Origin: Centroscyllium fabricii
Taxonomy: Eukaryota
Length of the DNA: 64,000 nt
Direction of reading: 5' to 3'
Assembly: GCA_051313645.2 (NCBI GenBank)
Contig: JBNRSN020000014.1
Span: forward strand, 32,426,001 to 32,490,000
The notes beneath the pieces were generated by a model. It was not told the DNA's origin and did no database searches. It was given only the letters and a program-made list of their open reading frames with translations. This document shows, in pieces, positions 1-11,799 of the stretch. How positions within the stretch are numbered: position 1 is the first letter of the stretch; each line of letters opens with the position of its first letter. The position numbers and the translations under genes are program-made.

Positions 1-58
1 TGGGGACCTCAGGTGGAGGCCAATATGGATCATCCACTCGGCACTTCTGGCTAAAGAT

Positions 59-2908
59 CATAGAATCATAGAAGATAGGAGCAGGAGTAGGCCATTCAGC
101 CCTTCGAGCCTGCTCCGCCATTCAATGAGATCATGGCTGATCTTTAGCAAGCTAGTACCCCGTCCCCGCCTTTTCTCCATAACCTTTAATCCCTTTAGCT
201 TGAAGAAATATATCCAATTCCCTCTTGAATATGTTTAATGAACTGGCCTCCACCGCCCTCTGTGGCAGGAAATTCCACAGGCCCACCACTCTCTGAGTGA
301 AGAAATTCTTCCTCATGTCTGTCCTAAATGGTTTACCCCTTATCCTTAGACTGTGGCCCCTGGTTCTGGACTCCCCCGCCATTGGAAACATTCTCTCTGA
401 ATCTAACCTGTCCAGACCTTTCAGAATTTTATACGTCTCAATGAGATCACCTCTCAATCTTCTAAACTCCAACGAGTACAAGCCCAGACTACACAATCTC
501 TCCTCGTAGGTCATTCCTGCCATTCCCGGAATCAGCCTGGTGAAACGCCGCTGCACTCCTTCCATGGCAAGAACATCCTTCCTCAGGCGAGGCGACCAGA
601 ACTGTACACAATACTCGAGGTGTGGTCTCACCAGTGCCTTGTACAGCTGCAGTAAGGTATCCTTATTCCTATACTCGAACCCTCTTGATATGAAGGCCAA
701 CATACCATTTGCCTTCCTAACCGCCTGCTGCACCTGCGTGCTCGCCTTCAGCGACTGGTGCACAAGAACACCCAGGTCTCTCTGCACCTCCCCATCTCCC
801 AATCTATTGCCATTTAAGTAGTAATCTACCCTCCTGTTTTTGCCCCCAAAGTGGATAACCTCACATTTATCCACATTATAGTGCATCTGCCATCTATCTG
901 CCCAGTCCCCCAACTTATCCAAATCTCCCTGTAACTTCCTGACACCCTCTTCAGAGCCTGCTCCCCCTCCTAGTTTGGTGTCATCCGCGAATTTGGAGAT
1001 ATTACATTCAATTCCCTGATCCAGATCATTAATATATATTGTAAACAGCTGAGGTCCCAGGACAGACCCCTGCGGTACTCCACTAGTCACCGGCTGCCAC
1101 TCAGAAAATGAGCCGTTAATTCCAACTTTCTGTTTTCTGTCTGCCAACCAGTTCCCTATCCACATCAAAACTTTGCCCCCAATCCCATGAGCCTTAATTT
1201 TACATGCTAATCTTTTCTGTGGAACCTTATCGAAGGCTTTCTGGAAGTCTGGAAGTCAAGGTACACCACATCTACTGGCTCTCCCCCATCTATTTTCCGA
1301 GTTACTTCCTCAAAGAATTCCAATAGATTAGTTAAACATGATTTACCTTTTGTAAATCCATGTTGACTCTGTCCGATCTCATCCCTAATTGTCAAATGCT
1401 CCGAGATTACATCCTTGATAATGGACTCGAGCATTTTGCCCACTACTGATGTAAGGCTTACTGGTCTATAATTCCCTGCTTTCTCTCTGCCCCCCTTTTT
1501 AAATAGTGGGGTAACATTAGCCACCCTCCAATCCGTGGGTACTGATCCAGAGTCTATCGAGTTCTGGAAAATGATCCTTAAAGCACCCTCTATTTCCAGG
1601 GCTACCTCTTTAAGTACCCTAGGATGTAGATTATCAGGCCCTGGGGATTTGTCGGCCTTCAATCCCTTCAACTTCCCCAAAACCATCTCCCTAGAAATAC
1701 TGATATCTGTTAGCTCCTCCCTTGCATTAGACCCTATGTTCGCTGCTATCCCTGGGAGGTTGCTTGTGTCCTCCTTTGTGAAAACAGTACCAAAATATGA
1801 ATTTAGTTGGTCTGCCATTTCTTTATTCCCCATTATATATTTCCCTGAATCGGACTGCAAGGGACCGACTTGGGATTTTACCAATCTTTTCCTCTTGATG
1901 TACCTATAAAAGCTTTTGCAGTCAGTTTTTATGTTTGCCGCCAGCTTACATTCATAATCTATCTTTCCCCTCCTGATTAATCCCTTTGTCTTCCTTTGCT
2001 GTATCCTGAACTGCTCCCAATCTTCCGGCCTAGTACTTTTTTTGGCCAATTGATATGCCCATTTTTTGGATTTAATGTTGTCCCTTATTTCCCTTGTTAT
2101 CCACGGTTGAGTCACCTTTCTAGGTTTATTCTTATGCCAAACCGGTATGAACGAGTTCTGTATTTCTTCCATCCTATACTTGAATGCTTGCCATTGTCTA
2201 TCCACATTCAATCCCCCCAGGAACACTGCCCAATCTATCTTGCTTAATTCCCTTCTCATACCTTCATAATTCCCTTTATTTAAATTCAGGACCTTAGTCT
2301 CTGAGTTGATCTTTTCACTTTCCATCCCAACTGAGAATTCGATCATATTATGATCGCTCCGACCCAAGGGGCCTCGTACAACTAGATTGCTAATTAGTCC
2401 CTTATCATTGCACAATACCCAGTCTAAGATGGCCTGATCCCGAGTTGGTTCCTCGACATATTGGTCCAGATACCCATCCCGTAGACATTCTAGGAATTCC
2501 TCCTCCTCAGTATTTTTACTAACTTGGCTAGTCCAATCAATATGTAGATTAAAGTCGCCCATGACGACAGCTGTGCCCTTATTGCAAGCTTCTCTAATTT
2601 CCCTTTTTATGCCGTCCCCCACCTTCATATTACTATTTGGAGGCCTGTATATAACTCCCACTAATGTTTTCCGCCCTTTACTATTTCTTAGTTCTACCCA
2701 TATAGATTCCGTATCATCTGAGTTAATATCCTTCCTTTCAATTGCATTTATCCCCTCTTTCACCAGCAATGCCACCCCACCTCCCTTTCTTTTGTGCCGA
2801 TCCTTTCTGAATGTTGTATACCCCGGGATGTTGAGTTCCCAGCCTTGCCCCCCCTGCAGCCATGTTTCCGTAATTCCAATCAACTCATATTTGCTTACCT
2901 CTATGGAC
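59..2908 (-). mobile_element. Young CR1 LINE, near-complete ORF2 (APE endonuclease + RT), 5'-truncated
   Basis: ORFs 1207-2931 (ITETW, GDFN, SDH, KSPGPD) and 152-1168 ([14 protein letters not shown]) are split by one 8-bp duplication, CTGGAAGT at 1241-1256. 3' tail (CTATGATT-like) near 60; AAAGAT duplicated at 53-58 and 2909-2914. Confidence 0.95.
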
Positions 2909-2937
2909 AAAGATGGTTGCAAACACTTCATCTTTGT

Positions 2938-3185
2938 CCAAAGATGTGCGGGTTAGGTTGATTGGCCATGATAAATTGACCCTTAGTGTTAGTGGGATTG
3001 AATATGTGGGGTTACGGGGATAGGGTGGGATATGTGTCGGTGCAGGCTCGATAGGGATCGAGGGATATGGGGACAAGGCAGGGACAGGGTGCTGGGTTTG
3101 GATGATCAGCCATGATCTCATTGAATGGTGGAGCAGGCTCGAAGGGCCAAATGGCCTACTCCTGCTCCTATCTTCTATGTTTCTA
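2938..3185 (+). mobile_element. 5'-truncated V-SINE (HE1-like) with CR1-derived 3' tail
   Basis: Matches the body and tail of the full copy at 45196-45627; ends in TTCTATGTTTCTA. Confidence 0.85.
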
Positions 3186-3355
3186 TGTCTTTTGCACTCA
3201 CGTGCTGGGCTCCACCATTATTGAGGATGGGCATATTCATGGCGCCTCCTCCTCCTGTTAGCTGTTTAATGATCCACCACCATTCACGACTGGATGTGGC
3301 AGGACTGCAGAATTTAGATCGGATCCGTTGATTGTGGGATCTCTTAGCCCTGTGG
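3186..3355 (-). mobile_element. Fragment of the second LINE family (also at 1-58 and 2909-2937), host of the CR1 and SINE insertions
   Basis: Encodes SPATSSREWWWIIKQLTGGG, the same motif as 61620-62474; the sequence is continuous across both insertions. Confidence 0.85.
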
Positions 3356-4309
3356 GACTTTATGAAATCCTCTCTCAGCAACCTGGAACTGTGAAGTCAA
3401 ATGGTTTCCCTGCAACTTCAAGACTTTCTTCTTTATTTGTTCTTGGGATGTGAGCAATGTTGGCAAGGCCGCTTTTATTGTTCATCCCTAGTTGCCCTTA
3501 GAAAGTGCAGATAGGGTCTTCTCCTTGAATCGGTGCAGTCCGTGTGGTGATGATGAAGGTCAGAAACATTAGCCTGTCTTTTCTCTTTACAGATGCTAAT
3601 GATCCTGCTGTGTATTTTCTGTTTTTCATACCTGGGATTTTCCAAAATAATCTGAATGATAAACTGTGACTGTCTGGGTCTGTAATTTGCCACTAGAAGC
3701 CACACAAGAGCACCCAGTGTGACCCACCCACGGACTGCCCACAAACCAGATCAAGGAGCACATCATCTCCACTTGGTGACTACACCTGAATTGTGAATAG
3801 GAACTTCATGGACACCACGAGACCATCTTAAGATATGTTGTTTTTAAACTAAATTCAAGTCCAACAATGCAACGAAACAAACATTTATTGTAGCCGTCAG
3901 GCTAGAGGGTAAGATTTCCCTCTTTGGGTTACACAAATGACCTTGAGTTTGCAATAAAAATGTCCTCAGCCCTTCAGGCAATGTAACATACTCTCGGCCA
4001 CTTCTGTGATTTGGGTATCCTGAACGTCCTCAAATGGAGATTACGTCTATATACGTAGATGTCAGTGCATTGTGCAACACCTGTCCTGTGGATTGAATGA
4101 AATATCACGTTCCTGCACACTCGATGTCTTCTACAGACAAAAAAATGTTGAACACATTTAAAGTATGCAAACCGCTGTGGCAATATCTAAACAATGAAAA
4201 GGGGTTGAATGACCAGAGGTGTGTGGTCTTGCATTTATTGCCCCTTGCAATGCAAATGCAATCATTTAAATGTTCCTTTCCCCCCTGTTTAAGAATGAAG
4301 CTGATTCTC

Positions 4310-5480
4310 AGGACCGCCTGCAGCGGCGGCGACCAACACAGCGCCCAAGGAGAGGGGGGACGGGGTGGGTGGCAGGCTGGCAAGCAATGCATCAAGCACA
4401 TAAAAGACAGGGAAATGCTTGTGCATATATTTATTGGTATAACCAGCAGATGCAAAATACTGTACCGCTGAGTGGTAAATCAAAGAGCAAGTTTAGGTTA
4501 AATGGGTGAGCGGATCCCCCTATTAGCAGGGCGGCGGTGGTAGGTTCCCCGGGGCGCGATCACGTGGTTCTCCCCGCTCCGCCATTTTGTCGGTAGTTTG
4601 TATTTAGGGTCGAGCCGGAACGGAGCTTCTCCCGAGTTTCTGTCACGGGCGGCGGCGGTGATCGGCAGCGGGCGAAAAGAGAAAAGACAAAAGCGGGGGG
4701 GAACAAAAAAGACAAGGAAACGAAAAAGACAAGCCGCCCGCATTGTATTAATTAACGGTAGTTAGTGTTAGTCCCGCGCCTGTAGCTGACAAGATGTCCA
4801 CTCCCGAAGCTCCCGAATACTCGCCCTTCTTCGCGGTGATGGGCGCCTCGGCTGCCATGGTTTTCAGCGGTGAGTCTCGTCTCGCATTTACTGGGGGCGA
4901 GGTGGGCAGTAGGCAGCTGCTGCTGTTCGGCCTGATCGGGGTTAACCCCCCCCCCCCCCGCTGAAGGGGGTTCGGCGGCTTTTTTATATATATTTTTAAT
5001 GTACATATAAAATCTATATATAAAATGGCCGCGAGTGAGCCTGGTTTTTTTTCTCGCATTTATTTATTTATAATCTCTCGTCTATTCACCTCTGCTGGGG
5101 ACGGGCTGCTGCTGATGGTGTTTCCTGCGGCGGACGCTCTGGGCTGCGTAGGTGGACGAGCCTGCTGCGACGGCAGCTCGAGCCGCTTCGGCTCTTTCCG
5201 TGTTCCGACTCGGCGGCGTTCGGCCCGAGGCGTTTTTTTTGCTTCAGTGTCAATGCTGGGAATTTCCGTGGTGCATAGGGGGGGGGAAAGGGTTCGGCAA
5301 TTTCCGGAGCGGGCAGTCCCGAGCCGATCATATGACTGGGGTGCGGGTGCTAGTTCATATCTACGTGTACTGCAATATTTGTTCGCCTTCTAATTCTCAT
5401 TTTGACAATCTGCATTTTCATCGGTTCCTCAGCCCTTTTAAAGGACGACGGCACTGCCACGTCATCGTCGCATATATTTA
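4310..5480. promoter_or_regulatory. ATP6V0C: CpG island / ATP6V0C promoter with E-box TCACGTG (4560-4566) and YY1 motif CCGCCATTTT (4579-4588)
   Basis: Dense CpG around the first coding exon; motifs read directly. TSS not determined. Confidence 0.75.
4794..4869 (+). CDS. ATP6V0C: V-ATPase 16 kDa proteolipid subunit c, coding exon 1
   Basis: ATG at 4794; MSTPEAPEYSPFFAVMGASAAMVFS+G; donor GTGAGT at 4870; 76 nt. Confidence 0.96.
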
Positions 5481-5757
5481 ATGAAATCAGATGGTCATTA
5501 CATTTTTCACGATTGTGCTACTTAATAGATTTGGAATTTGCATAACCCCACCTTGAAATTACATTTTTCCAGCTGTAACTCTCTTGAGACAGCTTTATAG
5601 CTGCCCAACTTAACCATGAGCTATAATCGAGTTTTAACACTGGCAGGTTTAGATTGCTGCAGCATATAATTGAGTAAATCATTTACTGTTTTTAGAAATT
5701 CACTTTCTGTTTGAACATAAGAAATAAGAGCAGGAGTCGGCCATTTGGCTCCTTGAA

Positions 5758-6115
5758 GATAGAAACATAGAAGATAGGAAGGAGCAGGAGTAGGCCATTC
5801 GGCCCTTCGAGCCTGCTCCGCCATTCGATGAGATCATGGCTGATCATCCAAACCCAGCACCCCGTCCCTGCCTTCTCCCCATATCCCGTGATCCCCCCAC
5901 CCTATCCCCGTAACCCCACATATTTAATCCCCCCTAACACTAAGGGTCAATTTATCCTGGCCAATCAACCTAACCTGCACATCTTTGGACTGTGGGAGGA
6001 AACCGGAGCACCCGGAGGAAACCCACGCAGACACGGGCAGAATGTGCAAACTCCACACAGATAGTACCCGGGTCTCCAGAGCTGTAAGGCAACCGTGCTA
6101 ACCACTATGCCACCG
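5758..6115 (-). mobile_element. V-SINE (HE1-like)
   Basis: tRNA-like head, V-domain GTGGAGTTTGCAC...GGGTTTCCTCCGGGTGCTCCGGTTTCC and CR1 tail on the minus strand. Confidence 0.85.
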
Positions 6116-6790
6116 AACCTGCTCTGCCATTCAATAAGATCATAGCTGATCATCTACCTCATCTCCACTTTCCTGCCTGACCCCCATAATCACTTGATTC
6201 ACTTTATATCCATAATCTGTTGATTTCTGTCTTGAATGTACTCCATGACTGAGCCTCTATAGATTCACCACCCTCTGAGTGAAGACTGCCGAACACCCAC
6301 ATTTCCCAATGTCTCACCATTTAAAAAATACTTTGCTTTTCTATTTTTCCTACCAAAGTGGATAACTTCACATTTCTCCACATTATATTCCATTTGCCAT
6401 GTTCTTGCCCACTCACTTAGCCTGTCTATATTGCCTTGAAGCTTCCTTGCATCCGCCTCACTACTTACATTCCCACCCAGCTTTGTATCATCAGTAAACT
6501 GGGTTTGGATGATCAGCCATGATCTCATTGAATGGCAGAGCAGGCTCGAAGGGCCGAATGGTCTACTCCTGCTCCTTGTTTCTATGTTTCTAAACTTTGG
6601 TCCCCCTCATCCAAATCATTGATGTAGATTGTGAATAGCTGAGGCCCAAGCACTGATCCTTGTGGTACCCCACTAGTTACAGCCTGTCAACCTGGAAATG
6701 ACATGTTTATTCCTACTGTTTGCTGTTTGATAACCAATCCTCAATCCATGCTAGCATATTGCCCCCAATCCCATGAGCCCTAATTTTGTT
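6116..6790 (-). mobile_element. Fragmented CR1 RT/3' end with an inserted CR1/SINE tail
   Basis: TDDTKLGG...WQMEYNVEKC translation in 6265-6528. Confidence 0.8.
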
Positions 6791-7451
6791 TAGCTCTTTC
6801 TGAAATTGGGGTTTGCTTGATGCTGCAGTGGTGTGGTTTCACAGATAGGTGTAAATCTACAGCAGGACCTGAAATTGCCTTGCCCAAATGGTGCATTCAA
6901 TTTGGACTCGTGCAGTGAGCAAGTGACATTGTAATGCTTCCTGGCCTGAGTATTTCCAGCATTTTCTGTTAGCTTTGTTGGTTTGATTCTTGACTTGCTT
7001 AAATCTTCCACTATGTCGCAATAATGTAAATTCCTTAAATGATTAAATAACATTAAGAAACGGGGATGGGTTTACACAGGTCTGTAAAATATTCCCAAGA
7101 ATGTCACATTCGAGTGAGTACTCTATTGGAGGGAAGGAAACTTGTGTGTTTATGGGAAGTTATTTTTTAATTTAAAATAGTAACTTGCTTTGAGCCATCT
7201 AAATGGGGTGAGACTGCTGTTAACTCTGATTTGACCAATAGCTATTTGTATCTGATGTGATCTGTGAACTGCATGTGCATATATGTCATTAACAGGCAAT
7301 CTTTAACCACATTAAAAGCAGTTCAGTTGGCATGCACTAGAATGTTAGTGAGTTACACTTATCCTTTATCTCTGGTTTGTCTAGTGTCTCATCACTGTCT
7401 ACATCAGTGAAATACCTGTAGTCCTCAAATTGCTACTCTATAGGACTACAA

Positions 7452-7565
7452 ATGCAAGAAGTCACACACCAGGTTATAGTCCAACAGTTTTATTTTAAAT
7501 CACAAGCTTTCGGAGCTTCTGCCCCTTCGTCAGGTGAAAGAGAAGCTTCTCCAGCACCTCCACAT
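7452..7565. mobile_element. Small Penelope-type terminal-repeat element with 13-bp TSD
   Basis: TATAGGACTACAA at 7439-7451 and 7566-7578; same family as 22855-23048 and 45701-45836. Confidence 0.75.
7500..7537 (-). ncRNA. Minimal type I hammerhead ribozyme motif
   Basis: Minus strand reads UCAC-CUGACGA-A-GGGGC-AGAA-GCUCC-GAAA-GC-UU-GUGA: intact core, stem I, stem II and palindromic AGCU stem III. Confidence 0.7.
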
Positions 7566-8613
7566 TATAGGACTACAATGCAGTTTAGAAATGTTTTGAC
7601 TGGAAATCCTGTTTTACCTATTGTGTTTGGCTCTGTTAGAATGAGATTCTGCACACTGTTGTAGATTTGGTTTTTAAAGTGCATTTGAAAACTTCAAAGT
7701 ATCCAAAAGGACTGTGGAAATTACCACCTAGAAAATGAAAGTAACTGTGTCTCTATCCATGCTTCACTGAGCCGCTAATCTTCCGAGTGGATGAATGAAC
7801 ACGAACGACCCTGTTTCTCACTAAGCCACAGACTGGAGGATCCCAGGTTGAATTACTGGCCTAGTAAGTTATCTGGCCTCCTTTCTCCTCCCCTCCCCCA
7901 CACATGCACACCCCGCGGGGGAGGGATGTGGAGAAAGGCGGCAGCTAATTCACTGGGCCAATAATGTGGGGGGGGGGGGGGAATAGATACACACTATAGT
8001 GCCAACAATCAATGAATGGGCACTTTTTTTGGTACAAGGTTTTAAAAATAAATCATTCAATTCTACAGCTTATAAAATGTCAGCCTGTGACAAGATCAGA
8101 TCGTGCTCACTCCCTGCTTCTGTCCACCAGTTTCTTCTAGTGGTTGATTTATTAGGAATGTGCACTGTTTTCCTACAGTGATTAGCAGCCATCTTGAAAC
8201 CTGTGTTTAGAGCGAGCATATTGCTTTTTGATCTATTGAACAGGCACATCAGTGTCAACTGCCAGTTTATGGTTCCAGGTAGCTATGTGGAATACATGCA
8301 ACATTTTCCAAATTAAGATCAAAGGTGTGCACACTTAGTCCAGTCTAAAAATAGCTCTTGTGTAGAAAGGAATCTAGTGGCACTGGAACAAAAACAATAT
8401 ATTGCCGATGCTGCTGGCAATCTGAAACAAAACTTGTTGAAGTTGCTCAGCAAGTCAGGTGACATCTGTAGAAGAACAGACTTGATGTTTATACAGACTC
8501 TTCCTCAACTATAGTCATAGAATAATTATAGAATCCCTACAGTGCAGATAGAGGCCATTTCGGCCCATCGAGCCTGCACTGACGCACATCCCACCCTATC
8601 CCCATAACCCCAC

Positions 8614-8813
8614 TTTTTTTCATTGATGGGATGTGGGTGTTGCTGGCTGGCTAGGCCTGCATTTAGTGCCATCCCTAATTTCACTTGAGAAGATGGTGGT
8701 GAGTCGCCTTCTTGAACCGCTGCAGTCCATATGGTGTAGGTACACCCACAGTGTTGTGTAGCGGTTGTTTACAACTGAGTGGCTTGCTAGGCCATTTCAG
8801 AGGGCATTAAGAG
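8614..8813 (-). mobile_element. SINE-sized head+tail derivative of the tRNA-headed LINE, nested in a V-SINE (about 8545-8990)
   Basis: Minus strand joins ...CCACTCAGTTGTAAACAACCGCTAC (as at 61137-61161) directly to AACACTGTGGGTGTACC... (LINE 3' end, as at 63987-64000 and 58470-58580). Confidence 0.7.
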
Positions 8814-9809
8814 GATTTAATCCCCCTAACACTAAGGGTCAATTTATCCTGGCCAATCAACCTAATCTTTGGACTGTGGGAGGAAACCCACGCAGACACT
8901 GGGAGAGTGTGTGGAGTTTGCACGGTCACCTGAGGCCAGATTTGAACCCGGACCCTTAGCGCTGTGAGGCAACCGTGCTAACCACTGTCACTGCCGCCCT
9001 AGTCGTGCTGGCTTGTGACGGTGTTTGCATGCAGGGGAGTGTGTACATAAAGGCCTGACCAGTTTAAACAAAAGTTGTCCATTCTGGATACTACCTTCAT
9101 GCTTAATGTGACTGTCACTGATGTACAGGGTATTAACTATTGTCAGCTTGGCCAAGGCAAATGATTTGCCAGACCACTTAAAGACATGGTTCTTGTGACT
9201 TTTAAATTGTTCTCTGATCTTTTTAACAGATCTTGTATTGGCTACCATCTAGCGTGGTGGTTGTCTCCTGACCTTTTTTCAAGGAAAGACATGTTGACTG
9301 TGCAAGTTTATCTAAACAACTTGTTTGCCTTAAATGCAGCTGAAGACTTAAAAAACAAACTAGCAGAATAATCTTGTCCTGAGCTGTTTTGACCGGCATC
9401 TCCCAGTTAGTTGCAAAACTCATCTTTAGGATGTGACTTGCTGGAGCAGGTTGTTCCTTTACTAAATTTGGAAATGGAAAATGCCACCTACAAATTGGCA
9501 TGATGTGAGCTGAAATACGTTGATCAGGTAATCCCATTTTAAGAATGGTCTGCCTGGTGTAACCCACACAATATTGTCACTAACGTCTAGATTTTAAGCT
9601 TGTTTACTGCATAATTGCAACTTCTTGCTCCTCTCGGATCTCTACTTGAGGAAGGTAAAATGGCATAACTTGGTGAAACTAATGCTAGAATCTGAAGGAT
9701 TGGAATTGGCCTTTTCTCCTAGATTAGAGGCCCATCTTACTTACTTGCTGCATCCCTCAATCCTTTCTCCAGGAGAGTACTGTTTTCTTGGCCCCTTTAT
9801 TCCATTTGT

Positions 9810-11435
9810 TAGGCAGGATTTAGCTAACCTCGATTGGGAACGGGAACTTGCTGGGAGGGGAACGGAAGAAAAATGGAGTGTTCCTGAAGGTAGACAAATC
9901 TCCCGGGCCGGACGGGATATATCCAAGGATTCTCTGGGAAGCGAGGAACGAAATCGCAGAGCCACTGACCTCTATCTTTAGTTCCTCGCTATCCTCGGGG
10001 ATAGTCCCTGAGGACTGGAGAGAGGCGAATGTGGTTCCCATATTTAAAAAGGGGAGCAGGGACGAGCCAGGGAACTACAGACCAGTCAGCCTTACCTCGG
10101 TGGTCGGAAAGGTGATGGAAAGGGTCCTGAGGGACAGGATCTACGACCATCTAGAAAGTGGCAAATTAATCGGGAGCAGTCAGCACGGATTCGTTAAGGG
10201 CAAATCGTGCCTGACCAACCTGATAGAATTCTTTGAAGAGGTGACCAAGTGTGTGGACGAGGGAAAGGCGGTTGATGTCATATATATAGACTTCAGCAGG
10301 CGTTCGACAAGGTCCCGCACGGTCGACTCATGAAGAAAGTAAGGAGTTGCGGGGTAAACAACGAAGTAGTGGGATGGATTGAGAACTGGCTGGCTCAGGA
10401 AGCAGAGGGTAGTGGTAGAGGGCCAATACTCGGGTTGGAGACCGGTCACCAGTGGGGTGCCACAGGGGTCGGTGTTGGGGCCACTACTATTTGTAATCTT
10501 TATCAATGACTTGGAGGAGGGGACTGAGGGGTGGGTCAGCAAATTTGCAGATGACACAAAGATTGGGGGAGTAGTGGATGAGGAGGAAGGAAGTAGAAAG
10601 ATTCAGAGGGATATAGATAGGATGCAGAGCTGGGCTGAAGAATGGCAAATGGAGTTCAACACGGGGAAATGCGAGGTGATGCACTTCGGTAGGGCAAATA
10701 GGAAGAGGGAATATAGGGTCAACGGCAGGGTCCTGAGCGAAGCAGAGGAGCAGAGAGATCTGGGAGTATATGTACACAGATCATTGAAGGCTGCCACCCA
10801 GGTGGACAAGGCAGTAAAAAAGGCCTATGGTGTATTGGCCTTCATCAACAGGGGAATAGAGTTTAAGAACCGGGAGGTCATGCTACAGCTGTACAGGTCA
10901 CTGGTGAGACCACACTTGGAGTACTGTGTGCAGTTCTGGGCACCGTACTACAGGAGGGATGTGGAGGCGTTGGAGAGGGTGCAGAGGAGATTCACCAGGA
11001 TGCTGCCGGGAATGGGGGGAAAGTTGTACGAGGAGAGGTTGAGGGAGCTGGGACTCTTCTCCCTGGAACGGAGAAGGAAGAGGGGGGACTTAATAGAGAT
11101 GTTTAAGATGATGAAGGGGATCGATAGAGTAAACGTGCAGAGACTGTTTCCCCGGGTGGGAAGAACGACAACAAGAGGGCACGAGCACAAGATTCAAGGA
11201 GGAAGATTCAGAAGGGATGGCAGGGGCAAGTTCTTTACGCAGAGAGTGGTCGGGGAGTGGAATAGGCTACCATCTGAAATAGTGGATGTGGACAGTCTGG
11301 GTGCTTTTAAAAGGATGATAGATAGGTACATGGAGGGGAAGGAAGAGTAGGGGGGACAGGAAAAATCAGAGACGGACTAAGCGCGGCACTACATTGAGGG
11401 CCCAAGGGCCTGTACAGTGCTATGTTCTATGTTTC
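9810..11435 (+). mobile_element. CR1 LINE of a distinct CpG-rich subfamily, RT and 3' end, with an internal deletion
   Basis: ORFs 9848-10333 and 10379-11350 ([21 protein letters not shown]); tail CTATGTTCTATGTT. Confidence 0.92.
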
Positions 11436-11799
11436 ATTGATCTTCAACTTGCATTTATAGGAATGGAGGAATTGCTAGAGGAAAATGGTTTTCCAGTGAA
11501 TCTGGAACACACCGGTTCCAAAAGTCTTGACAATTCCCCTTAAACATTTTTTTAAAGCTACTTTCTAATTGAATCTCTTGAATTCTGTGAACTGGCTAAA
11601 TTTTAACTGAAGCTTGACCTGTATTTAAGAATATCTAAAGCCATAGGCCTATTTTCATAGTCCTGCTGTTCCTGAAATCTTCACCCCTCATGGGCAATTC
11701 ATTTTCTTTCTGGGTAAAGACCGATGTGAAATGTTTTAATCTAATCCGTCTAATTTTCCCTTTGCTGTTTATTTCTCAGTTTCTATATTCAATTGACCA

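Noticed and set aside
5025-5481. Overlapping ORFs in the CpG island
   Set aside because: GC-rich intron 1 sequence with few stops; no recognisable protein.
5828-6064. Recurrent small ORFs starting MRSWLIIQTQ or MAEQARRAEW
   Set aside because: Chance frames in the shared CR1/V-SINE tail, not a gene family.
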